From the NCBI RefSeq assembly GCF_009834535.1, contig NC_045696.1, positions 76,448,001 to 76,512,000 on the forward strand: a stretch of 64,000 nucleotides of DNA, in the 5' to 3' direction. Below the pieces are notes generated by a model. That model was given only the letters and a program-made list of their open reading frames with translations. It made no database searches and was not told the origin of the DNA. The DNA is from Camelus ferus. Taxonomy: Eukaryota. Shown here piece after piece: positions 25,225-39,200 of the stretch. Position 1 is the first letter of the stretch. Each line of letters starts with the position of its first letter. The position numbers and the translations under genes are program-made.

Positions 25225-28200
25225 ATGGCAATAAACACACATCTATCATTAATTACTGTAAATGTTAATGGACTAAATGCTCCAGTCAAAAGACACAGAG
25301 TGGCAGACTGGATAATAAAGCAAGAACCTTCAATGTGCTGCATACAAGAGACCCACTTTAGGGAGAAGGACACATATAGATTGAGAGTGAAAGGATGGAA
25401 AAGGATATTCCATGCAAATGGAAAAGCCAAAAAAGCAGGTGTTGCGGTACTGATTTCAGACAAAACAGACTTTAAAACAAAGGCCATAAAGAAAGATAAA
25501 GAAGGACATTTTATAATGATTCAAGGAGTGATACAAGATGAGGATATTACACTCGTTAATATATATGCACCCAATATAGGAGCACCTAAGTACATACAAG
25601 AATTACTAACAGAGATAAAGGGGGATATTGATGGGAATACAATCATAGTTGGAGATTTTAACACTGCATTAACATCACTAGACAGATCTTCCAGACAGAA
25701 AATAAACAAGGCAACAGAGAAATTAAATACTACAATAGAAAAACTAGATTTGGTGGATATTTTCAGAGCATTACACCCCCCAAAAATAGGATATACATTC
25801 TTTTCAAGTGCACATGGAACATTTTCCAGGATCGATCATGTACTTGGGCACAAAAGAAACCTCAACAATTTTAAGAAGACAGAAATTATCTCAAGCATCT
25901 TTACTGACCACAATGCCATGAAACTGGAAATCAACAACAGAGAAACAAAGGAGAAAAAAAGGAAAGCATGGAGATTAAGCAATATGTTATTGAAAAAACA
26001 ATGGATCAATGAGGAAATCAAAGCTGAAATTAAAAAATACCTTGAGACAAATGATAATGAAAGCACAACCACTCAAAACCTATGGGACACAGCAAAGGCA
26101 GTGCTAAGAGGGAAGTTTATAGCGATACAGGCCTTCCTCAAAAAAGAAGAACAATCTCAAATAAACAATTTAACCCACCACCTGAATGAATTAGAAAAAG
26201 AAGAACAAAAAGCCCCAGAAAGCAGCAGAAGGAAGGAAATAATAAAGATCAGAGAGGAATTAAATACAATAGAGATTAACAAGACCATAGAAAAAAATCA
26301 ACCAAACCAAAAGCTGGGTTTTTGAAAAAGTAAATAAAATCGACAAACCTCTGGCCAAACTCACAAAGAAGAAAAAAGAGAGAGCACGAATTAGCAAAAT
26401 AAGAAAGGAAAATGGAGAAATTACAACAAACAAAATAGAAATACAGAATATCATACGAGAATATTATGAAAAACTATATGGAACCAAACTGGATAACCTA
26501 GAGGAGATGGACAAGTTTCTGGAAACATACTGTCCACCAAAACTGAAGCAAGAAGAATCTGAACACTTGAACAATCCGATCACTAGAAAGGAAATAGAAA
26601 TAGCAATTAAAAACCTCCCTACAAATAAAAGTCCAGGACCGGACGGCTTCACCGGGGAATTCTACCAAACATACAAAGAAGAACTCATACCAGTCCTTCT
26701 CAAACTCTTCCAGACGATTGAAAAGGAGGGAATACTCCCAAACTCATTCTATGAAGCCACCATCACCCTGATACCAAAACCAGGCAAAGACACTACAAAA
26801 AAAGAGAATTATAGGCCAGTATCACTGATGAACATAGACGCCAAAATCCTCACCAAAATTTTAGCAAATAGAATCCAACAACACATAAAAAAGATTATAC
26901 ATCATGACCAAGTGGGGTTCATCCCAGGGACACAAGGCTGGTTCAACATACGCAAATCAATCAATGTAATACATCATATCAACAAGAGAAAGGACAAAAA
27001 CCACATGATCATCTCAATCGATGCAGAAAAAGCATTTGATAAAATTCAACACCCATTTATGATAAAAACTCTCGCCAAAGTGGGTATAGAGGGAACATAT
27101 CTCAACATAATAAAAGCTATATATGACAAACCTACAGCCAGCATAGTACTCAACGGTGAAAAACTCAAAAGCTTCCCACTAAAATCTGGGACAAGACAAG
27201 GATGCCCACTATCACCACTCCTATTCAACACAGTCCTGGAAGTCCTAGCCACAGCAGTCAGGCAAGAGAAAGAAATAAAAGGGATCCAAATTGGAAAAGA
27301 AGAGGTAAAAGTGTCACTATATGCTGATGACATGTTACTATATATAGAAAACCCTAAAAGGTCCACACAAAAGCTACTAGAGCTGATTGAAGAATTCAGC
27401 AAGGTAGCAGGTTACAAAATTAACGTTCAAAAATCAGTTGCATTTCTTTACACTAACGATAAATCAACAGAAGAAGAAAGTAAAGAAACAATCCCCTTTA
27501 AAACAGCACCCAAAGTAATAAAATATCTGGGAATAAATCTAACCAAGGAGGTGAAATTATACACAGAAAACTATAAACCATTGATGAAGGAAATTAAAGA
27601 AGACTTTAAAAAGTGGAAAGATATTCCATGCTCTTGGATTGGAAGAATCAATATTGTTAAAATGGTCACACTGCCCAAGGCAATCTACAGATTTAATGCA
27701 ATCCCTATCCAATACCCAGGACATATTTCACAGAACTAGAACAAATCATAATAAAATTCATATGGAACCATCAAAGACCTAGAATTGCCAAAGCATTACT
27801 GAAGAGAAAGAAAGAGGCTGGAGGAATAACTCTCCCAGACTTCAGACAATACTATAGAGCTACAGTCATCAAGACAGCATGGTATTGGTACCAAAACAGA
27901 CATATAGACCAATGGAACAGAATAGAGAGCCCAGAAATGAACCCACAAACTTTTGGTCAACTCATCTTTGACAAAGGAGGCAAGAATATACATTGGAATA
28001 AAGACAGTCTCTTCAGCAAATGGTGTTGGGAAAACTGGACAGCAGCATGTAAAACAATGAAGCTAGAACACTCCCTTACACCATATACAAAAATCAACTC
28101 AAAATGGATTAAAGACTTAAACATAAGACAAGATACAATAAACCTCCTAGAGGAAAACATAGGCAAAACATTATCTGACATACATTTAAAAAATTTTCTC

Positions 28201-29019
28201 CTAGAAGAAATAAAAGCAAGAATAAACAAATGGGACCTAATAAAACTTACAAGCTTCTGCACAGCAAAGGAAACCAGAAGTAAAACAAGAAGAAAACCTA
28301 CGGAATGGGAGAACATTTTTGCAAGTGAAACCCACATAGGCTTGATCTCCAGAATATATAAGCAGCTCATACGACTCAATAAGAAAAAAATAAACAACCC
28401 AATCCAAAAATGGGCAGAAGACCTAAACAAGCAATTCTCCAAGGAAGACATACAAATGATCAAAAAGCACATGAAAAAATGCTCAATATCACTAATTATC
28501 AGAGAAATGCAAATCAAAACTACAATGAGGTATCACCTCACACCAGTCAGAATGGCCGTCATTCCAAAATCCACAAATGACAAATGCTGGAGAGGCTGTG
28601 GAGAAAGGGGAACCCTCCTACACTGCTGGTGGGAATGCAGTTTGGTGCAGCCACTATGGAAAACAGTGTGGAGATTCCTCAAAAGACTAGGAATAGACTT
28701 ACCATATGACCCAGGAATCCCACTCCTGGGCTTGTATCCAGAAGGAAATCTACTTCAGGATGACACCTGCACCCCAATGTTCATAGCAGCACTATTTGCA
28801 ATAGCCAAAACATGGAAACAGCCTAAATGTCCATCAACAGGTGACTGGATAAAGAAGTGGTGGTATATTTATACAATGGAATACTACTCAGCCATAAAAA
28901 CCGACAACATAATGCCATTTGCAGCAACATGGATGCTCCTGGAGAATGTCATTCTAAGTGAAGTAAGCCAGAAAGAGAAAGAAAAATACCATATGAGATC
29001 GCTCATATGTGGAATCTAA
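25225..29019 (+). pseudogene. LINE-1 ORF2p (APE endonuclease, reverse transcriptase, Cys-rich domain) split by two 1-bp frameshifts
   Basis: EN motifs NVNGLN, IQETH, GDFN, SRIDH, TDHN; RT motifs [34 protein letters not shown] +1 shift in the A7 run 26291-26297 and a -1 shift near 27711 link the ORFs starting at 25225, 26507 and 27937, with no stops in the bridging frames. Confidence 0.95.
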
Positions 29020-29109
29020 AAAACAAAAACAAACAAACAAACAAAAACAAAGCGTAAATAAAGGACAGAAATAGACTCACAGACAGAGAATACAGACTTG
29101 TGGTTACCA

Positions 29110-29131
29110 GGGGGGTGGAGGGTGGGAAGGG
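29110..29131 (+). other. G-rich polypurine tract (potential G-quadruplex) in the L1 3'UTR
   Basis: GGGGGGTGGAGGGTGGGAAGGG has four runs of 3 or more G. G-rich tracts are a known feature of mammalian L1 3'UTRs. Confidence 0.7.
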
Positions 29132-29689
29132 ATAGACTGGGATTTCAAAATTGTAGAATAGACTACACTGTATAGCACAGGGAAATATACACAAAATGTT
29201 ATGATAACTCACAGAGAAAAAAATGTGACAATGAGTGTGTATATGTCCACGAATAACTGAAAAATTGTGCTGAACACTGGAATTTGACACATTGTAAAAT
29301 GATTATAAATCAATAAAAAATGTTAAAAAAAAAAAAAGAATCAACCATTAACAAAGAACCCACAAAAAGTACCTTGATTTTTGACCATTTTAATTTTGAG
29401 CCAGCTCTTCCAATGGAATTTATTTATAACTTTCTGCTTTCTTTGAATAATTCCGACGATTTTTATAACTTTTTAGTGTCAAGACATTATCATGTTTTCA
29501 CATTGTTTTACAGTATCCAGTTCTACCATGTAAATGTTGAAATAGTTTTATTGCTTGCCAATTCTAAGACAGTCCAAATTGCTTTTTTTCTTTAAATAAT
29601 ACTAATTTTCCTCTATGCTATATGTGGCAAAAATTCATAATTTTCTCCATCCTCACCTTTTTCCATTTGGAACAGCAAAGTGATTGACT

Positions 29690-30100
29690 AATAAAACAAA
29701 ACCTTAAAGGATAGAAATGACCATGTGTTCTGACCAATGAGATATAAGTGAGTATCACTGGGTAGAACTTTTAAGAATCTTCTTTAAAAGCAGCACAGCC
29801 TCAGCTAAAAATATTTTCCCTTGCCCTGTCTCTCCTTCCTTCCTTCCTGGAGAGTAGATGTGATACCAGAAATGGTGCAGTGAGCTTGGGCTCATGAGGT
29901 TACAAGCATCCACTAAGGATAGCTGAATGAAGCACAGAAGGAGCCTGGGTTATACTGGTAGCAGGGTGCCACCATACCAGCCCTGTAATGTCCAGCTCCA
30001 GACATCACATAATGTGAAGAAAATAAAAGCCTTTATTTGTTTAAGCTTCTGTTTTTCTGGTTTCTGCTACTCACAGCCAAGTACAATTTCTAACTTCTAA
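29690..30100 (+). mobile_element. MLT1 (MaLR) LTR remnant
   Basis: TTCTGACCAATGAGAT..AAGGAGCCTGGGT..TTTGTTTAAGC..GTTTCTGCTACTCACAGCCAA. Confidence 0.65.
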
Positions 30101-30898
30101 GTGATCAGATAAATAGTAGCAGAGGATATAAAGGTTTTCAACATCTTGAAGCTTAAAAATTGGGATAGGTCTACAAAGCACGATTAAACATTCTGTTATA
30201 CAGCCATTAGGTATTTTCAAACAATGTCTGAAATCAAATCATTTGTTGGTGAATCAGATCAATCATTTGAAAATATGATCCAGTTATTAAGATAAACATA
30301 CTAATGCTACCATCCATTCTCCATTTATTTCAGTAAAATAAATTTAGACATAAAAAAGAAGACATGCACTTGATTTTTTTTCCTTTAGAAGTTGACAAGG
30401 AGTACATAAAGCTTTGGGGGTTTTAGCATGAAGAATTCTTGTGCTCAGGAATATGAATGTATGTAATATATGTAGAATGGACTTTTAGCTTTAACAATGG
30501 GAGTTCAATAGGAACCTCTAAATTGCAGAATTGAAAAAAGTATGAAAAGTAATAACAATATTTTTTCCTATATACATCTATATGTGACAGTAGTAATAAT
30601 TGCTACTATTTAAAATAGACCTGTTATCAGCCAAGTTCTGTAGTAGATCTTGGGACTTGAAGGCAAGCCTTTTAACAAACTCCAAAATATAGGTTTTATT
30701 TCTCTAAATTATTAGAGCATAAGAATTCCATGCCTAAAGAAGGGAGGTGTTCAGTTGGTCCATTGATGTATTGCCAAGTTGGTTCTCTTCTTGTCCCATA
30801 TCTCTGAGAATACCTTCATTCCCAATGCAAATACAAAGTAGAGATTTGGAGCGAGATTTTACATGATTAAAAATTCAGTGATTGCGCCGAACCAAGAC

Positions 30899-31446
30899 TG
30901 TATTTGTTTTCTGTGCTGCACAACAATTTATCACAATTTGTGACACAATACCCACATCACCTCTCGCTTTCAGTAGGTTCAGAAGTCCAGGAAGACATAG
31001 TGGGTTATCTGCACAGGCTCTCACAATGTTAAAATCAAAGTGTCGATGAAGCCTCATTCTCATCTGGAGCTTGGGACCCTCTTCCAGGCTCACTCAGAAT
31101 GTTGGTAAAATTTGGTTCTTTGCAGTAGAGGTCCCCACGTCCCACTGGCTGTTGGCCAAGGGTCTTCAGGTTCTAGCCATGTGCCTCCTCCTTTCACAAC
31201 TTGGCAGGAAACCAGCAGGAAAGCTTTTTACTGATGCTTTACCTTCTTTCAAGGAGCTCGTTTAAGTTAGGCCCACCCAGGATAATCTCCCTTGTGATTA
31301 ATTCAAGGTCAGGTAGTAACTAATCAATCAGATTGATATCCCATCATATTCACTGTTCCCATCCACACCCCAAGAAAGGGGATTTTAGCAGATATATACA
31401 CTAGGGGACAGAATCTTGGGGCCATCATAGAATTTTTGCTAACACA
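30899..31446 (-). mobile_element. MLT1 (MaLR) solo LTR
   Basis: TGTATTTGTTTTCTGTGCTGC..ACAATTTATCACAA start, AGGCCCACCCAGGATAATCTCCC, ends TCTTGGGGCCATCATAGAATT..AACACA. Confidence 0.8.
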
Positions 31447-32219
31447 ACAATCTAGAGCATTTTGTTGCTTAACAACGTTATAATGGTTACTTTAATTCAT
31501 AGCTCTGAAGAGGAAGGTAATGCCTATATTCTTACCTAATTATCTGGAAATATCATTATCAGCACTGCACTGTTTCGAAATTACATATTCAACACTTGAG
31601 ACTAGAATAAACGGAGATTAAGTGTTCCTATTCCATTCTTTTGTACGTATGCCCTAGGCAGTGTGCTTTCAGATCTTTACTACGGGGGTTGGTACCAGAA
31701 TTCTCTCCTCGGGCCAGTTCTGCTGCATAGTCTGGTGCTGGCCCCAATAATAGCAAGTCCCTCATTAGGCTAGTTCTTCACTGTGGCTCTGGGCTTTACT
31801 TATGGAAACAGCAGTTTTCTTCCACCTTCCTAATTACCCCCTGAGCTACCTAGTATCCTTTATTAAATCTATTTCAGCAAAAACTAGCTTGAGTGAATTC
31901 TATTATTTGCAGACAAGAACCTTGACCTATACAGTAATTAATGGCAGGTGTGGCAGTGGACAACAAACCTTTCAGGAAATGAGAATATGCAACTGCTTAT
32001 CCAATGTGGTCAGGTTAAAGGGCTGGGAGAATCCAGACCATGGCAGCAGTGGAGAGAGGTACTTTAATTACCACTTGGTCATATGGAATGAGGAGCCTAT
32101 CAGTGCAGGGCATTCAGGAACCAAGTGGTTACAATTTGGTAAGAGTAGGAAGGCATATGGAAGAAAACACTGAAGATCAGTCTGGATGCTTCTGATTATT
32201 ATGGGAAGGAAAGGAAGTG

Positions 32220-32586
32220 AGATTGTTAATTTATGTGTCAGTTGGGCTAAGCCATGGTACTCAGATACTTGGTCAATGTATACATATATACATTTTTTTG
32301 ATGTGGAGATTTTAGTTTTTTGTATATATATTTTTATTGAGGTATAGTCAGTTTACAATGTGTCAATTTCTGGTGTACAGCACAATGCTTCAGTCATACA
32401 TGAACATACACATATTCGTTTTCATATTCTTTTCACCATAGGTTACTATAAGATATTGAATATAGTTCCCTGTGCTATACGTATCATATATACATTATAT
32501 GTATATAAATACATACATAAACATATACACATATACACATACACACATCCTATTGCTTCTGTTCATCTGGAGAAATCTAACTAATA
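32220..32586 (+). mobile_element. MLT2 LTR remnant containing a - strand L1 3' tip (about 32330-32480)
   Basis: GTTAATTTATGTGTCAGTTGGGCTAAGCCATGGTAC start and CCTATTGCTTCTGTTCATCTGGAGAA..CTAATA end. The insert TTTTATTGAGGTATAGTCAGTTTACAATG also occurs near 62850. Confidence 0.7.
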
Positions 32587-33244
32587 TGGATAAGCTTAAA
32601 GTTTACTGTGACCTGGATCAAGTTATATTGATAGGACTACGTATACCATAAAAAAAAAAAATGCTTATGAGGCCACAGTGCTATTATAACCGAAAATACA
32701 ATAAGCAGTATTATCCTATGGATTGTTGGATTATACCAGCTGATTTCACAGTCTTATTGCCTCTCTTATGTGAAAATGAAGCTGTTGTTTAGGGAAGAGT
32801 AGTACCATGCCCACAGACCCCTAATACTTAGAATGAGACATAGGGGAGGAGCCTGGTGATTACCATATACCAAACTGCCTATTTTCACTGAGCCTTCCCA
32901 TGCCAGCTGAAGCGGCCCCTTCTGAACTGTCTGATAAGACTGCCCCTGTCTTTCCTGAATTCCATGTGTGTAATGGCCCAGACAGAGGCAGTTACTTTGT
33001 AAAGGAAACCTACTTCTCTTCATTCTTCCCCCAGAGAATCCTTCTTGCCTCCAGACTTATAATTAGAAATTCACAGGGGCCTATCACAAAGTCAAATCAG
33101 AAAGGAAAAAGCTTACATACATATTTGTATACATGCATGCATACATACAAGTAAGCAATATTTTGCTGATTTACATCAGCAAAAACCAGGGGAGTATACG
33201 TGGGAATGGGTTTTGAGCATTCTTGCCATACGTAGATTTCCCAG

Positions 33245-36200
33245 TGATGGCAGAACAATATCTCCCATCCCACATGCTCCTCTTTGACTCTCCTTCCATC
33301 AGGAGTTGCGGTCTTTTTTTCTTCCTCTTGAATTTGAGTGGGCTTGTGGCAGAAGTGATGTTATGTAAAGTCAGGTGACTTTGAGGCTTTGTCATAAAAG
33401 TCAACGGTTTCCACCTAGCTCTCTTTGGAATGCTCACCCTTTGAATCTAGATACAGTCCAGGCAACCACATGAAGCCACATTCAGGATTCCGGACCCATG
33501 GCCTCAGCTGAAATCCCAGGCAAAGCTAGCATCAGACACCAGACAGGAGTATAAGTAGACCTTCACTAAGCTCCCCACCATACTCCAGCTTATTTTTTCC
33601 TTTCTTTATAAGTGCTGGCTGGGTTTTTTTTTAAGTATAGTTGAATTACAGTATTGTTAGTTTCAGATATATAACAAAGTAATTCAGATATGTATATGTA
33701 TATATATAAAATAGTCTTTTCAGATTCTTTTCCATTATAGGCAATTACAAGATAGTGAATGTAGTTCCCTGTGCTATACAGTAGCTTCTTGTTGTTTATC
33801 TGTTTTATATATAGTAATGTGTATCTGTTAATTCCAAACTCCTAATTTATCCTTCCCCTCCTTTCCCCTTTGGTAACCATAAGTTTGTTTTCTATGTTTC
33901 TATTTTGTAATAAGTTCACTTGTATCACTTTTTTGGATTCCACATATAGGTGTTATCATATATTTGTCTTTCTCTGTCTGATTTACTTCATTTAGTATGA
34001 TGATCTCTGTGTCCATTCATGTTGCTGCAAATGGCATTATTTTATTCTTTTTTATGGCTGAGTAGTATTCCATTGTGTATATATGTATCTCACAGCCTGA
34101 TGCCCAGAGGTATGTGAACAAACTCCTGAAACTCATCCTACTGGTGCTGGGACTGCAGGATCAACTGTGACAGGCAGTGCAGAATGGGGACATGGAGACT
34201 TCCCCTGGCATCTGTCACATTGCTGTGGCCCCGGGCAAGAACCATGTTATATATGTTGGTTCCATGTCTTGGCTATTGTTAATAGTGCTGCTGTAAACAT
34301 TGGGGTACATGTATCTTTTCCAATTAAAGTTTTTGCCTTTTCCAAATATACACCCAGGGTTTGGATTGCTAGATCATATGGTAATTCTATTTTCAGTTTT
34401 TTAAGGAACTGCCATACTATTCCCCATAGTGGCTGCACCAATTTACATTCCCACCAACAGTGTAGGAGGGTTCCCTTTTCTCCACACCCTCTCCAGCACT
34501 TATTACTTGTATACTTTTTGATAACAGCCATTCTGACTGGTGTAAGGTGATACCTCATTGTAGTTTTGATTTGCATTTCTTTAATAATTAGCAATTGAAC
34601 ATCTTTTTATGTGCCTGTTGACCATCTGTATGTCTTCTTTAGAGAATGTCTATATAGGCTTTCTGTCCATTTTTTTGACTGGGTTGTTTGTTTTTTTGTT
34701 GTTGTTCTTGAACTGTATGAGTTGTTTGTATACTTTGGAAATTAAGCCCTTGTCGGTCACATCATTTGCAAATATTTTCTCCCATTCCATAGGTTGTCTT
34801 TTTGTTTTGCTTATCATTTCCTTTGCTGTACAAAAGCTTAAAAGTTTTATTAGGTGCCATTTGTTTATTTTTGCTTTTGTTTCTTTTGGCTTGGGAGACT
34901 GACCTAAGAAAACATTGCAAAAATTTATATCAGAGAATGTTTTGCCTATATTCTCTTCTAGGAGTTTTATGGTATCATGTCTTATAGTCAAGTCTTTAAG
35001 CCATTTTGAGTTTGTTTTTCTGTATGGTGTGAGGGAGTGTTCTAACTTCACTGACCGACATGCAGCCGTGCAGTTTTTCCTAACACCACTTTCTGAAGAG
35101 ACTGTCTTTGTCCCATTGTATGTTCTTGCCTCCTTTGTCGAAGATTAATAGGGGTGTGGGCTTATTTCTGGACTCTCTATTCTGTTCCATTGACCCATGT
35201 GACTGTTTTTGTGCCAATACCACACTGTTTTGATTACTGTAGCTTTGTAGTGTTGTCTGAAGTCTGGGAGGGTTATGCCTCAAGCTTTGTTCTTTTTCTT
35301 CAGGATTGCTTTGGCAATTCTGGGTCTTACGTGTTTCCATACAAATATTAGAATTATTTGTTCTAATTCTGTGAAAAACTTCATAAGTAATTTGATAGGG
35401 ATCACATTAAGTCTATAGATTGCTTTGGGTAGTATGGCCATTTTAACAACATTAATTCTTCTAGTTCAAGAGCATGGGGCATCTTATCATTTCTTTGAAT
35501 CATCTTCAACTTACTTTATCAATGTTTTATGCTTCTCAGTGTGTAAGTCTTTCACCTCCTTGGTCAGGTTTATTTTAGGCTTTTTTAATGTGATTTTAAA
35601 ATAGATTGTTTCTTAACTTTCTTTTTCTGATATTTCATTGTTAGTGTAAAGAAATGCAACAGATTTATGTATGTTAATCTTGTGTCCTGATACCTTGCTG
35701 AATTTGTTTATCAGTTCTGTAGTTTTCGTGTGGAGTCTCTAGGGTTTTCTATATAGAATACCATGTCCTTTGCATATAATGACAGTTTTATCTCTTCCCT
35801 TCCAATTTGGATACTTTCTATTTCTTTTTCTTGTCCGATTGCTGTGGCTAGGACTTCCAAGAGTATTTTGAATAGGAGTGGTGATAGTGGGCAGCCTTGT
35901 CTTGTCCCAGATTTTAGTGGGAAGCTTTTGGCTTTTCACTTGTGGGTTTGTCCTAAGTAGCTTTTATTATGTTGAGATATGTTCCCACTATGCCCACTTT
36001 GGTGAGCTTTTATCATGAATGAATGTAAATTTTATGAAATGCTTTTTCTGCATCTATTGAGATGATCATGTGGTTTTTTCCTTTTCTTTTGTTGATATGG
36101 TGTATGACATTGATTGATTTACATGTGCTGAACCATCTTTATGACCCTGGGATGACTCCAACTTGATCATGGTGTATGATCCTTTTTATGTGCAGTTGGA

Positions 36201-39200
36201 TTTGGTTTGCTAATATTTTGTGGAGAATTTTTGTACCTATATTTATCAAAAATATTGATATGTAATTTTCTTTTTGGTAGTGTCTTTGTCTGGTTTTGGT
36301 AACAGGGTGATGGTGGCTTCAGAAAATGACTTTGAGAGTGTTCCCTCCTCTTCAATCTTTTGGAAGAGGTTGAGAACTCTTTGTATGTTTGGTAGAATTC
36401 CCCAGTGAAGACATCTGGTCCTGGACTTTAGTCTGCAGGGAGTTTTTTAAATTACAGATTCTATTTCACTTCTAGTGATCAGTCTGTTCAAATTATCTCT
36501 TTCTTCTTAATTTAGTTTTCATGGGCTGTATGTTTCTAGAAACTTGTCCATTTCTTCTAGGTTACCCAATTTGTTGGCATATCACTATTCATAGTATTCT
36601 CTTATGATATTTTGTATTTCTATGGTATCAACTGTTATTTCCTTTCTTTCATTTCTTATTTTGTTTATTTGGGTCCTCTCTTTTCTTCTGGCTGAGCCTG
36701 GCCAGTGGTTTATTGATTTTTGTTTATGCTTTCAAGAAAATAGCTGTTGGTTTTATTGACTTTTTTCCATTTTTTTAACCACTTATTTGTTTCCTCTCTG
36801 ATCTTTATTATTTCCTTCCTTATGCTGACTTTAGATTTTCTTTCTTCTTTTTCTAATTCTCTTGAGTGATAAGTTAGGTCGTTTATTTGAGGTTTTTCTT
36901 GTTTTTGAGGAAGGTCTGTATTGCTATGAACTTCCCTCTTAGGACTGATATTGCTGCATCCCATGGATTTTGTACGGTTGTGTTTGCATCATCATTTGTC
37001 TTGAGGTATTTTTTTTATTTCCTTTGATTTCATCATTGACCTATTGGGGTTTTTTTTAGTAGCATGTTGTTTAGTCTCCATGTATTTTTTTCCTTCTCGT
37101 TTCTTTTTCTGTGGTTGATTTCTAGTTTCATGCCATTATGATCAGAAAAAGTTGCTAGAAATAATTTCTATTCTCTTAAATTTGTTGAGGTTTATTTTGT
37201 GTCTTAGTATGTCATCTATCCTAGAGAATATTCCGTGTGCACTTAAAAGAACATGTATTCTGTTTTCTTTTTTAACGTAATGTCCTGAAGATATCAATGA
37301 AATTTAACTGTTCTATTGTGTCATTTAGGAATTCTGTTGCCTTACTGATTTTCTGTCTGGAAGAGCTGTTCATTGATGTCACTGGGGTGTTAAAGTCTCC
37401 TACTATCATTGTCTTCCTGCCCATTTCTCCCTTTATATCTGTTAGTATTTGTTTTATATATTTAGGTGATCCTGTATAGGGTGCGTATATATTACTGAGT
37501 GTAATATCCTTTTCTTGTATTGTTCCTTTTATCATTATATAGGGTCCTTCTTTATCTTTCTTTATGGTCTTTATTTTAAAGCCTATTTTGTCTGATATGA
37601 ATTTTGCTAACCCTGCTTTCTTGTCATTTCCCTTTACATTAAATATTTTTTCCATCTCTTCATTTTCAATCTATGTGTGTCCTTTGCCCAAAAGTGGGTG
37701 TCTTATAAGCTGTGTATTTTAGGTTCTTGTTTTATTATCCAATCTATGTCTTTCGATTGGAGCATTTAATCCTTTGACATTTAAGGTAATTATTGATAAC
37801 TACATATTTATTGCCATTTTAAACCTGTTTTCTGGTTAATTTTGTATTTCTTCTTTGTTCCTTCCTTTTCTTTTTGTTTTTGATGGCCTTTTGCTTTTGT
37901 GGTTTGATGGTTTTCTTTTGTATTATGCTTGAGTTCTCTTCTTTTTGGCTTTTGTATGCTTTTGATGTGTGGTTACACTGGTTTTCAAGTATGTTAACTC
38001 CTGACTATATCTACTTGCTTTAGAGTGGTAGTCATATAAGCTCAAACATATTCTAAAACAAAAAAAAATCTACATTTTGTTACCCCCTCCACCACGCTTT
38101 ATGATTTAGATGTCCTATTTTACATCTTCATGTTTACCCTTTTGCTGTTCATCATAGTTATAATTACTTTCACAAAAAATTTTTGATTCTTTTTAAATCT
38201 GTATATTGGCTTATTTAAGTGATCTATAATCCTTTTATATATTTTCTTTACTTATTGTAATTCTTGTAGATTTTTGCTTCTTTTCTGTTTAGAGAAGAGT
38301 TTTCTATGTTTCTTTCAGGATAGGTTTAGTATTGCTGTATTCTTTTAGTTTTTACTTGACTGAGAAATTCTTCATCTCTTCTTCTATTCTAAATGATAAT
38401 CTTGCTAGGTGGAGTATCCTAGGTTGCAGACTTTTTTTCCTTTCAGGACTTGGAATATATCTTGCCACTCCCTTTTGGGCAGCAAAATTTCTGTGGAGAA
38501 ATCAACTGCTAACCTTACGAGGGTTCCCTTGTAACTGTTTTTCTCTTGTTGCCTTTAGAATCATCTCTTTTTCTTTAATTTTTGCCATTTTAATTATGAT
38601 ATGTCTTGGTGTAGGTCTGTTTGGGTTTATTTTATTTGGGACCTGTGCTTCCTGTACCTGGATATCCGTTTCCTTTTTAGGTTTGGGAAATTCTCAGCCA
38701 TAAGTTCTTTAAATACGTTTTTGGCCACCTTTCCTCTTTCTTCTCCTTATGAATTTCCTCATTATGCATGGATTGGCCCACTTTATATTATCCCATAGGT
38801 CTCCTATATTGCTTTTATTTATTTATTTTTTCATTTGTCTTTCTGTCTGCTCTTTTGATTGGGTGATTTCCATTATTCTATCTTCCGGATCACTTATTTA
38901 TTCTTCTACATTACTTAGTTTGCTATTTATTGTCTTGAACTTAGTTTTCATCTCAGCAATTGAGTTGTAAAATTTTGATTGGCACCTCTTTACAGTTTCT
39001 AGTTCCTTGTTATGGTGATCTACATTTCTGTCAATAGCCTTTCTTAATTCCTTCAGCATTTTTATTACCTACTTTTTGAACTTGGGGTCTGGTAGACTGA
39101 AGAGGTCTGTTTCATCGACTGTTCTTTCAAAGAATTTCTCTTGTTCTTTTAATTGGGAGTGATTCCTCTTCTTTTTCATTTTATTTATATTTTTCTGACT

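Larger units (their letters stand above)
23161..29335 (+). mobile_element. Young near full-length LINE-1 with 14-bp target-site duplication
   Basis: TSD AAGAATCAACCATT at 23147-23160 and 29336-29349 (identical). CpG-rich 5'UTR, ORF1, spacer, ORF2, 3'UTR, AATAAA 29312-29317 and poly(A) 29325-29335. Confidence 0.98.

Noticed and set aside
24021..29290. Many - strand ORFs inside the young L1, and + strand ORFs inside the older L1 ORF regions
   Set aside because: Antisense shadows of L1 coding sequence (Phe/Leu/Ser-rich), not independent genes.
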